A DNA stretch of 52,042 nucleotides, taken from the IMG/VR virus record IMGVR_UViG_3300044591_001148, positions 1-52,042 of that record. One strand, given 5' to 3'. Every line of letters begins with the position of its first letter. Within the stretch, counting starts at the first letter, position 1. The notes beneath the pieces were generated by a model. The model saw only the letters and a program-made list of their open reading frames with translations. It was not told the DNA's origin and made no database searches. Below are positions 10,485 through 17,592 of the stretch, piece by piece. The position numbers and the translations under genes are program-made. This DNA is from a virus. Lineage: Duplodnaviria > Caudoviricetes.

Positions 10485-10628
10485 GCGGTATGCTGCTATG
10501 GCGTCCTTGAGGTCGCCCCTGAGTTGCTCAAGCTGGTCCTGCTGCTGCTGCAACTTTAGGTAGACCTCAAGCGCAAATTTATCGAGCGTCTGGCGATCCC
10601 AGGCTGCGAAATTCGGTAGATCGTTCAA
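10464..10628 (-). CDS. Small hypothetical protein (MNDLPNFAAWDRQTLDKF...)
   Basis: TTG start with AAGGA upstream, 54 aa; below the ORF-track cutoff. Confidence 0.55.
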   Translation of the reverse strand: MNDLPNFAAWDRQTLDKFALEVYLKLQQQQDQLEQLRGDLKDAIAAYRLRNLRD

Positions 10629-10758
10629 CTTGGTTCCTTATCCATTGTGGGCCTAAACGCATCAGTGCAATACGCTGGCTCTGGGTTAGCTTGATTGAGT
10701 AGACCACAGACAGTGGCTCACCTACACGCTTGGCTTTGTCGATGCGTTTGTCTCTCAT
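10579..10758 (-). CDS. Small putative DNA-binding protein
   Basis: SIKLT...WIR pattern suggests ribbon-helix-helix; start overlaps the upstream stop. Confidence 0.45.
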   Translation of the reverse strand: MRDKRIDKAKRVGEPLSVVYSIKLTQSQRIALMRLGPQWIRNQVERSTEFRSLGSPDAR

Positions 10759-11000
10759 AGCCGCTTCCTCGGCAGCGGCGCCCAATACTGCCAGAACTGC
10801 GTCTCGCCCACCTTGTAGATGTAGTGCCCCATCGTGGCAACACCAGACCGTCCTAGTAACAGCACCTTGACACCTTGCGGTGTCTGATCGTCAATAGGCA
10901 TCCAGAAGTAGTCTTGTGCTACTGCTGCCGTGAAGGTGCTGTCCAGCCTGAACTTCTGCTCATGCCTGAAACGCTCAAACTCTTCGTCCTCAGTATCCAT
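10755..11000 (-). CDS. Hypothetical early protein (homolog of 50701-50949)
   Basis: W-x-PID-x2-TP-x-GVKVLLLGR...HW/YWAPLP; the homolog lies in the same window. Confidence 0.8.
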   Translation of the reverse strand: MDTEDEEFERFRHEQKFRLDSTFTAAVAQDYFWMPIDDQTPQGVKVLLLGRSGVATMGHYIYKVGETQFWQYWAPLPRKRL

Positions 11001-11784
11001 TGCGCTCCTTTAGCTTGGCTTCAATAAGTTTTGTGAGACACACCACTTTCCACAACAAGTCGCCGAAATCAACTTCCATGTCAGCTACTGCGTCACTCAT
11101 TTCCTCATCCGTCAGCCCCTGCCACGGGCGCTGTGCTGCGGGTGGGGTGGTGTAGAGCGCATACGCAACGCAAGTACCCCCGATGCGTTTTGCCTCTGCT
11201 TTTGCGTCAATCTCCGCAAACTCATCACGCCACATTTTTGAACAGCCTTGCACCGCCCACGCCACCGGCTCATGCTCTGGCTGTGCTACTGGCTGTGCCT
11301 TCGTATTCCCACAGTCTTTGTAATGACACGCATCTCCGTCTTGGCAGGGGCATCGCGGGTCTTTTCCTATGCACGGCTCGGCTTGCTGCTTGGGTGGGGC
11401 AACTTTTTTGATTGCCTGATGCACAACATGGAACATGGTTTCGTAATGACCGTGCTTTCCCTCCTGCATTTTTTCGTCATACAAGCTTTGTACAAAGCAG
11501 TTAATTTCTGTTTTGTCATACGCCACCGGCTCCTGCTCTGGTTGCGCTGCTGCAAGTGGGGTAGCAAAGTGATCAGCCAACTCACGCGCTTTGTGCTTGT
11601 TGATACCCTCGCGGACTAGGCTGACTACAACCATGTCACGCCACTGGGTTGGCTCCTGCTCTGGCTGTGCCAGTTCGGTTTGCAGGGCGGTGATGGCTTC
11701 TACGATGTGCGTGTACTTGGTCACATAACGCTCATCTTCCAGCGCCTCCAGCGCCTGTTGCGCGGCTTGTCTTAGGTCAGTCAT
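10990..11784 (-). CDS. Mosaic early protein with QPEQEPVA linkers
   Basis: Four linker copies separate unrelated modules; shares architecture with 51031-51936. Confidence 0.75.
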   Translation of the reverse strand: MTDLRQAAQQALEALEDERYVTKYTHIVEAITALQTELAQPEQEPTQWRDMVVVSLVREGINKHKARELADHFATPLAAAQPEQEPVAYDKTEINCFVQSLYDEKMQEGKHGHYETMFHVVHQAIKKVAPPKQQAEPCIGKDPRCPCQDGDACHYKDCGNTKAQPVAQPEHEPVAWAVQGCSKMWRDEFAEIDAKAEAKRIGGTCVAYALYTTPPAAQRPWQGLTDEEMSDAVADMEVDFGDLLWKVVCLTKLIEAKLKERNGY

Positions 11785-12074
11785 GTCCCATCCTTGATGT
11801 TGTGGGCGGCTTCGATGGCATCAACTACTTTTCTGCCTTGTTTTGATACGGGGCCAGCACCACCGTTCTGTCCAAAGTAGTAGCGCAAGGTTTCGTCGGC
11901 CAAAATGTCTTTATCCGTTAGCGGTTTGCGCTGGGCTGCTTTCTTGCCGTTTTCAAAACCGTTGTCGTATGCACTCTTCAGAGCCGCTTCGTACTCTGCG
12001 ATGTAGCCTTGTGCGTCATCATCATCATTCATCTTGTTCTGCGCTGCTTGGCGCTTTGAATCAAATCCTGTCAT
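11781..12074 (-). CDS. Hypothetical early protein
   Basis: C-terminal ETLRYYFGQNGGAGPV module resembles EILRYHFSLNNGPV in 51031-51936. Confidence 0.7.
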   Translation of the reverse strand: MTGFDSKRQAAQNKMNDDDDAQGYIAEYEAALKSAYDNGFENGKKAAQRKPLTDKDILADETLRYYFGQNGGAGPVSKQGRKVVDAIEAAHNIKDGT

Positions 12075-12370
12075 TTTGTTGCTCCTATCACGGCCAATGC
12101 AATGGCGCGTTGTGGTGTGTCTGCGTTAAAAAACCCGAGTTTGTATTTGCCCCTTGATATTGCCTCCCATGCCCTGCCCCTTAGTCTCAAAGGGAAGCAG
12201 TCGTACCTCTCCGCAATCGGGCCGATCACGTTCCAGTCGCGGTGGGAGAACACGCGCCAACTACCGTTGTACACAACAACTGCCCACATATCGTCGTGGA
12301 ACTTAACATCAAACAGCTTGTACCCAATAGCCAGCGCCAGCGCCTTGTCGATTTCAATGTCAGTCATCAC
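12071..12370 (-). CDS. NinX-like phage protein
   Basis: DWNVIGPIAER...W-x-A...TPQRAIA pattern. Confidence 0.55.
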   Translation of the reverse strand: MMTDIEIDKALALAIGYKLFDVKFHDDMWAVVVYNGSWRVFSHRDWNVIGPIAERYDCFPLRLRGRAWEAISRGKYKLGFFNADTPQRAIALAVIGATK

Positions 12371-12990
12371 ATCCCCCTCTTTGGTGTGTTTAAAGCACGA
12401 TCAATACTCCACCCATTTCTAAGCCGCGCGTAAAGCGTTGAATAGGGTAGGCCAACTTCTAAAGCCCAATCTTGAACTAACATTGTTTTGCCTTTATGCT
12501 CAATCCAAACCGTCACACTACGATTTTTGTTTTGCTCAAATTTTGTAGCCCATCTGCAATTTTCTGGCGTGTAGTCACCGTTGTTGTCAATGCGATCAAG
12601 CGAGTGGTCTTTGGTTGGTTTGCGGCCCATATCGGATAAAAAATTAAGGTAGTTCTCCCACCTTCCGCAAACTTTTATACCCCGTCCACCATACTTCTCG
12701 TAGTATTTTGTGTTTTGATCTTTGCAACGGTTACGCATACTTCTCCATGCGTAATACTCAAGCGACTTGTGGTCGCCGTGTATCGTGTGTGTTTCTGTTT
12801 TTAGACACCCGCACGATTGTGTTTTTCCAAGTCGCAACGGAGTTGTGGCTACAACGGTTTTGTTTCCACACTCGCAGATGCAATTCCAAATTCGCTTCTG
12901 ATGCTTGTCAACACCAGCGCCAGATGAGACTGTTAGTTTGGAAAACTTCAGCCCAATCATTTCACCAAGGTCATTTCTTTGTTTACGCAT
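12367..12990 (-). CDS. Free-standing HNH homing endonuclease
   Basis: CECGN, SCGC, YGGRGIKVC, SLDRIDNNGDYTPENCRWAT motifs; AT-richer than neighbours; ATG 12990 avoids overlap with the upstream gene. Confidence 0.85.
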   Translation of the reverse strand: MRKQRNDLGEMIGLKFSKLTVSSGAGVDKHQKRIWNCICECGNKTVVATTPLRLGKTQSCGCLKTETHTIHGDHKSLEYYAWRSMRNRCKDQNTKYYEKYGGRGIKVCGRWENYLNFLSDMGRKPTKDHSLDRIDNNGDYTPENCRWATKFEQNKNRSVTVWIEHKGKTMLVQDWALEVGLPYSTLYARLRNGWSIDRALNTPKRGM

Positions 12991-12998
12991 GGTTTCTA

Positions 12999-13328
12999 TT
13001 ATAAACCAGAATCGGCCAAGAACTCGGCCAAGATCAAACAGAACACACGGCGCTGTTCTTCGGTGCTTTTCCAATATCCATCTTCCCTTTCAATCTCAAC
13101 CCGACAGTAAGGAACGTCAGCATCTTCACAGTCACCAGTTAGCGCAACCTCCCGTAGCATCGTGCTGATCGGGCCGTACTGCAAGTGTTCGTCAGCCGGG
13201 TGGATGCGGTAATAGCGCATATCTTCAACCAAAACAAGTTGTCCGGTTGCTTGCCAAGAGTCTCCTGAGTCCACCCATTTTGTTTGTATCCTCGCTCCAC
13301 GGGCGGCAGCGTGTAGTAGTCTGCTCAT
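12999..13328 (-). CDS. Hypothetical early protein
   Basis: ATG 13328 with GGAG upstream, coupled to the previous stop. Confidence 0.65.
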   Translation of the reverse strand: MSRLLHAAARGARIQTKWVDSGDSWQATGQLVLVEDMRYYRIHPADEHLQYGPISTMLREVALTGDCEDADVPYCRVEIEREDGYWKSTEEQRRVFCLILAEFLADSGL

Positions 13329-13579
13329 GTGTTTCTCCTTGCTCTGATGGCGGTGGCTCGGTTTTCGCAGGCTTGATCCCATGCGCTACTATCCCAATCG
13401 GTTGCATTGTTTATCCCGTCTTCGCACACCTTCGCGCATTTCTCCCTCTCGGCAGCGGCAACAAGGTTGGCAAAGCGTTGAAGGATTTCCCATTCGTAAT
13501 CCAGCAGTGTGTCAAGAGGTCCGCACACTCTCCCGAGGTCATACTCCCGCGCCATGCGGATAAAGTCGTCTTTAGTCAT
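13325..13579 (-). CDS. Hypothetical early protein
   Basis: MTKDDFIRMARE...ERE-x-CAKVC...AIRAR, a common phage early family pattern. Confidence 0.7.
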   Translation of the reverse strand: MTKDDFIRMAREYDLGRVCGPLDTLLDYEWEILQRFANLVAAAEREKCAKVCEDGINNATDWDSSAWDQACENRATAIRARRNT

Positions 13580-13695
13580 GTCAGATACCCCGCCATAAAG
13601 AATATCGCCGCTATCGCCAGCAGCGCGAGGACAATAGCCAAGGCGGTGTCAATCCAGCCGTAGGCAAACAGGTTTTCTACTTCATCGTCTTTCAT
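13576..13695 (-). CDS. Small membrane protein (39 aa)
   Basis: ATGA overlaps at both ends; single hydrophobic helix. Confidence 0.55.
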   Translation of the reverse strand: MKDDEVENLFAYGWIDTALAIVLALLAIAAIFFMAGYLT

Positions 13696-13955
13696 GTTTT
13701 GTTCCCCCTGCTTGGCAAGCTGAACGCATCCAAACTTCCTGCCCGTGGAACCTGACGCATACTGTCCCCATCACCTGAACAGTAGACTCCACGCTCCCAG
13801 ATGCTGAGAGCTGGTGCGCAGACTTCACCAGGACGCTTGATGCGCTCCACGTATACGCCAGCAGACTGTCGTGCATCTCGGCTGAGATAAACATTTGGGA
13901 GCCTTTGCATATGCGCTGGCGCTTTGCTACGGTCAATGTCCTTGAGGTTGCTCAT
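13692..13955 (-). CDS. Hypothetical early protein
   Basis: C-terminal RAGSLDAFSLPSRG motif; coupled starts and stops. Confidence 0.7.
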   Translation of the reverse strand: MSNLKDIDRSKAPAHMQRLPNVYLSRDARQSAGVYVERIKRPGEVCAPALSIWERGVYCSGDGDSMRQVPRAGSLDAFSLPSRGNKT

Positions 13956-14215
13956 TTGGTTGTCCTAAATCCACGTTTTGTAAAACACTGCACGCTGCCG
14001 TTGTCCAGCAGCCTCCATGTGGCATTCTCACCACCGCACATTGCCTGTGCAGCGCGTGAGAACTTCTCCATTGCCAATTGCTCACGCTGAGTAGCCCGAG
14101 CATTGGCGGCTGAATCTACTGCGGCTTGGTAGTCAGATGGTCCATCCAGCAAGTAGGCCGTGGACAGCACCGCCGCCACCGCTACCGCGAGACACCAGTT
14201 GATTGCGTGATTCAT
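13952..14215 (-). CDS. Hypothetical membrane-anchored early protein
   Basis: N-terminal hydrophobic helix; CGGENA-x-W...VQC motif. Confidence 0.65.
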   Translation of the reverse strand: MNHAINWCLAVAVAAVLSTAYLLDGPSDYQAAVDSAANARATQREQLAMEKFSRAAQAMCGGENATWRLLDNGSVQCFTKRGFRTTK

Positions 14216-14340
14216 ACTTCACCCTTTCCCTTGCAGAGGTAGCACCTAGTGTCCTCATGCTGACCTTCACCACTGCCATTGCAGGCAGGGCAGATGCCTG
14301 GTTCATTGTCATCTTCAGGGATATCTTGTTCAGTGTTCAT
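14212..14340 (-). CDS. Mini zinc-finger protein (two CxxCxGxG motifs)
   Basis: Translates MNTEQDIPEDDNEPGICPACNGSGEGQHEDTRCYLCKGKGEV. Confidence 0.65.
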   Translation of the reverse strand: MNTEQDIPEDDNEPGICPACNGSGEGQHEDTRCYLCKGKGEV

Positions 14341-14373
14341 GTTGTGCTTTCAAGGGCCGAAGCCCCGTTGTGA

Positions 14374-14631
14374 TTACTTACGCTCAACAGTGCCGACCAG
14401 TTCGCCTTCAGTGATGGCAAACAGAATTGCTTTGGCAATGTTGAGGGTTTGACGGGCACGCTCCACATCGTTGTAGAGCATCAGTTCCTGGGCATCTGAC
14501 ATCAGGCCAGCAACAACCATGTTGCCGCCAGAGAATTTGTAAGTGATGGATTGCTTGACCTGTTGGATGTATTCCGCAATGTCGGCTACGCCGTACATGG
14601 TCAGATTGCGATTTGGTGTTGCAGTTGTCAT
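14374..14631 (-). CDS. First leftward early gene, hypothetical
   Basis: AAGGA upstream of ATG; followed by GGGGC-TTCG-GCCCT hairpin (14351-14370, minus strand). Confidence 0.7.
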   Translation of the reverse strand: MTTATPNRNLTMYGVADIAEYIQQVKQSITYKFSGGNMVVAGLMSDAQELMLYNDVERARQTLNIAKAILFAITEGELVGTVERK

Positions 14632-14682
14632 GGTGTTTTCCTTGGGTTAAGACCCTGTGCAAAGTGCTAGGGCTTGAGTAGG

Positions 14683-14791
14683 ATTCTAGCGTCACGCTAG
14701 TACAGGTCAAGCACTCAAGCAAAAATATTTGCTATGACAAACCCTTAAGGGTAAACACCTACACATTTAGTCTCAAGCATTACGCTAGAAT
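14683..14791. promoter_or_regulatory. Divergent promoters with two operator-like palindromes
   Basis: Leftward TTGACC(14710-14705)-16 bp-TAGAAT(14688-14683); rightward TAGAAT 14786-14791; CTAGCGTCACGCTAG 14686-14700 and CAAGCATTACGCTAG 14774-14788. Confidence 0.7.
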
Positions 14792-14798
14792 TCTTCGC

Positions 14799-15005
14799 AT
14801 GGAAAACAAATTGACAGCAACGCAACGCCAAGAACTTGCCCAGACGGTCGGCCTCAACGAACAGTGGCTCTACCAGTGCCTCAGTGGTAGGCGGGACATG
14901 AGTCCTGCTGAAGCCATCCGAGTGGAGGCTGCATCTGGTGGTCTAGTCACCCGGCAGATGCTGTGCCAAGGGACATGGTCCAAGATTTGGCCTGAGTTGG
15001 CATGA
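14799..15005 (+). CDS. Cro/YdaS-like HTH regulator
   Basis: 68 aa HTH: QQELA...WLYQCLSGRR...IEAA-like SGGLVTR; first rightward gene. Confidence 0.8.
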   Translation: MENKLTATQRQELAQTVGLNEQWLYQCLSGRRDMSPAEAIRVEAASGGLVTRQMLCQGTWSKIWPELA

Positions 15006-15538
15006 GCAATCTACAATCCCCCCAGGCTATGCAGTTGCCTACTTTAGGGGGGGACAATTTGTCCCCCCCTTCCTTTTCTCGGGTCATTGGCATTGACCCT
15101 GGCGCATCAGGCGCTATTGCACTGCTCCTGAACGGTGTGCTGGTGTCAGTACACGATATGCCAACAGTTACCGTCGAGCGCAACAAGGCGCAGAAACGCC
15201 AAGTCTGTCCTGCTGGCCTTGCACTCTTGATGCAGCAGCTCGCACCTCACAAGGCCATTGTCGAGAAGGTAGGAGCAATGCCTGGTCAGGGTGTCTCTTC
15301 CATGTTCAGCTTTGGGCGTTCAGTTGGCATCATCGAGGGAGTGCTTGCCGCCAAGCAGATACCTGTGACGTTTGTCACACCACAAGCCTGGCAGAAGCAA
15401 TCAGGTGCCGCCAAGGGCAAGGACGGGAGTCGGCAGCGGGTCATGGAGCTGTTTCCTCGGGAGGCGCATCTCTTTGCAAGGGTCAAGGACGATGGACGAG
15501 CTGACGCTGTTCTGATTGGTCTATGGGGTGGTGTATGA
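15002..15538 (+). CDS. RuvC-like Holliday junction resolvase
   Basis: IGIDPG, VEKV, FSFG, W-x-K and DGRADA motifs. Confidence 0.85.
   Translation: MSNLQSPQAMQLPTLGGDNLSPPSFSRVIGIDPGASGAIALLLNGVLVSVHDMPTVTVERNKAQKRQVCPAGLALLMQQLAPHKAIVEKVGAMPGQGVSSMFSFGRSVGIIEGVLAAKQIPVTFVTPQAWQKQSGAAKGKDGSRQRVMELFPREAHLFARVKDDGRADAVLIGLWGGV
15046..15079 (+). terminator. Terminator-like hairpin downstream of cro
   Basis: AGGGGGGGACAA-T-TTGTCCCCCCCT perfect inverted repeat followed by TCCTTTTCT. Confidence 0.55.
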
Positions 15539-15759
15539 CTCTACAAGAAGATGAACGTAAGACGCTGAAGGCGCACATCCTCTGGCTGGGGACTGAGTTG
15601 GAGAAGTCCAGACTCCAGTGCCGAGCCAAGACTGAATTGCTGAAGCGGATGCTGGACCCAGAGGACTTGGGACACGCAGTCAGTAACGAGGTTCGCGCCA
15701 GCATCTACCAAATCCTCATCGAAGACAGTCACAACGAAAGAGACGCATGGAACAGATAA
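15535..15759 (+). CDS. Hypothetical protein
   Basis: ATGA overlap with the resolvase stop; LDPEDLGHAV motif. Confidence 0.6.
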   Translation: MTLQEDERKTLKAHILWLGTELEKSRLQCRAKTELLKRMLDPEDLGHAVSNEVRASIYQILIEDSHNERDAWNR

Positions 15760-16820
15760 AACAGACACTGCTAAGACCAAGTGCTGCTGGACGGTGGATT
15801 GCTTGCCCTGCAAGCGTCCAACTGTCAGCCAAGATGCCAATGGGAGAGTCAGGTGCTGCCGCGCAGCGGGGGACTGCAATTCACAGTCTCTCAGAGTCTT
15901 GTTTTATGACCTCCAGCTTGCCAGAGGAGTGGCTGGGCGTGGAGGTGGAGGGTGTCAGGATGGACGAGGAGGCCATCACCTACGCTCGCAAGCACTTGGA
16001 CTACATTGAGGGTGAGGAGAAGCGTTTGGGTAACGTATTTGTTGAGCAGTACGTCACTGCCCTAGACACGCACAACGTCCGAGTTGCGGGTACTGCTGAT
16101 GTCCTGGGCTGGTCAGATGACACTGGTGAATTCGTCATTGGTGACCTGAAGACAGGGCGGGGATACGTTGATGCTGACAGTGACCAGATGCGTATCTATG
16201 CACTCGGCGGTATGCGTCTGGCAAAGAAGACATTCAAGACGGTGACAATGACCATCGTCCAGCCAGTGCATGGCGTTAACCGCAGTCACACCATGACGGT
16301 CAGTGAGTTGCTCAAGTGGGAGCGCAATGTCCTGATTCCAGCTGCACAGGCTGCAATGGCACCAGACCCCAAGGTAGTACCAAGTGAATCAGCCTGCCAG
16401 TGGTGTCCTGCCAGGGCCATTTGTCCAGCGCACATTGAAACATTTACTGAGCTGGCTGAAGCAGCCTTACCGCAGGCACTCAGCAATGAGCAGTTGGCGT
16501 CCTACCTGAACCAAGTCTCCAAGGTTGAGGCGTTCATCAAGGCACTTGAGACTTACGCAGTCAAGTGCATCAAGGACGGTGCAGCAGTACCAGGCTGGCA
16601 GATGGGGTCCAAGAAGTCAACGAGGAAGTGGACTGATGAGACTGAGGCTGTTGGTGCCTTGGTGCTGGCTGGACTCACTCAAGACCAAATCTATCCAAGA
16701 GAAATCATATCGCCAGCAGTTGCTGAGAAGTTGCTGAACGATAAAACAGTCACGGAAACCTTGACAACCAAGGTGTCCAGTGGACTCACCCTATGCCGAG
16801 CATTCGGCATTGGTGAGTAG
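15747..16820 (+). CDS. PD-(D/E)XK nuclease, DUF2800/Cas4-like
   Basis: PS..RWIACP, GTAIH, GTAD, DLKTG, QMRIYA, CQWC-x5-C motifs. Confidence 0.85.
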   Translation: MEQIKQTLLRPSAAGRWIACPASVQLSAKMPMGESGAAAQRGTAIHSLSESCFMTSSLPEEWLGVEVEGVRMDEEAITYARKHLDYIEGEEKRLGNVFVEQYVTALDTHNVRVAGTADVLGWSDDTGEFVIGDLKTGRGYVDADSDQMRIYALGGMRLAKKTFKTVTMTIVQPVHGVNRSHTMTVSELLKWERNVLIPAAQAAMAPDPKVVPSESACQWCPARAICPAHIETFTELAEAALPQALSNEQLASYLNQVSKVEAFIKALETYAVKCIKDGAAVPGWQMGSKKSTRKWTDETEAVGALVLAGLTQDQIYPREIISPAVAEKLLNDKTVTETLTTKVSSGLTLCRAFGIGE

Positions 16821-16864
16821 TGTCAGTGTGTGTTTAATTCTTAACTCTTAACTCGGAAATCAAA

Positions 16865-17452
16865 ATGCTAAATCTTTCAAGCAACGGCGGTGGGTCTTAC
16901 ATTCGTTTCATGGCGCAAACCCGCCAATGGGAAAACTCTAGCAAGGAGTCAATCACATTGCCGCCAATGGTGATGGACATGGACAGTGTTCGCACTGGCT
17001 GGCTTCTGCTTGGTATCGGTCAGCGGGATTGGGTGGAGGACGAGTCTGTTGGTAAGAAGGGTAAGCAGCCTTCTGCTGACCACAAGCGTGGCTTCAGTGT
17101 CAAGCTGTTCTCGAAACCTACAGGTGTCGTTGAGTGGTGTGCGTCTGGTGTTGGTGTCACCAAGGGCTTTGAGGCCATCTACAACGCCTGTGATGCACAG
17201 GCTGACCACAACCCTGGCAAGGTGCCAGTGATCAATTACGAGGGTGCAACTGCTCTCAAGATTGGCGCAGGAAATACGGCAATTCCCAACTTCAAGTTGA
17301 AGAACTGGGTTAACCGTCCTGCTGCATTGGATGCTGATGGTGAGGCTGTCTACGAGGAGGAAGCACCAGCACCAGCACCAGTGCGTCAGGCAGCAAGGCC
17401 AGCTCCCAAGCCAGCGCCTGTGGTTGAGGATGACGAGGAAATGTTCAACTAA
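16865..17452 (+). CDS. Putative single-stranded DNA-binding protein
   Basis: Pro/Ala linker and acidic aromatic-tipped tail (EDDEEMFN); between nuclease and primase. Confidence 0.55.
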   Translation: MLNLSSNGGGSYIRFMAQTRQWENSSKESITLPPMVMDMDSVRTGWLLLGIGQRDWVEDESVGKKGKQPSADHKRGFSVKLFSKPTGVVEWCASGVGVTKGFEAIYNACDAQADHNPGKVPVINYEGATALKIGAGNTAIPNFKLKNWVNRPAALDADGEAVYEEEAPAPAPVRQAARPAPKPAPVVEDDEEMFN

Positions 17453-17469
17453 AATTTAAACGACAAAGG

Positions 17470-17495
17470 AACCCGGCCTGGTGCCGGGTTTTTTT
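17470..17495 (+). terminator. Rho-independent terminator
   Basis: AACCCGGC-CTGGT-GCCGGGTT followed by a T run. Confidence 0.85.
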
Positions 17496-17592
17496 GACCC
17501 TATGAAACAAGAATATTGGAATCTGCTCCTCATTGCCCTGGCGCGTCGGGTGTACGAGCTGGAGCAGAGAATAAAAACACTGGAAACTGCAC

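Noticed and set aside
15747-16820. CRISPR-associated Cas4
   Set aside because: Sits in a standard phage nuclease-SSB-primase block with no array or other cas genes
16821-16864. CTTAACT tandem in the U-rich leader of the SSB-like gene as an autoregulatory site
   Set aside because: Too short to distinguish from chance
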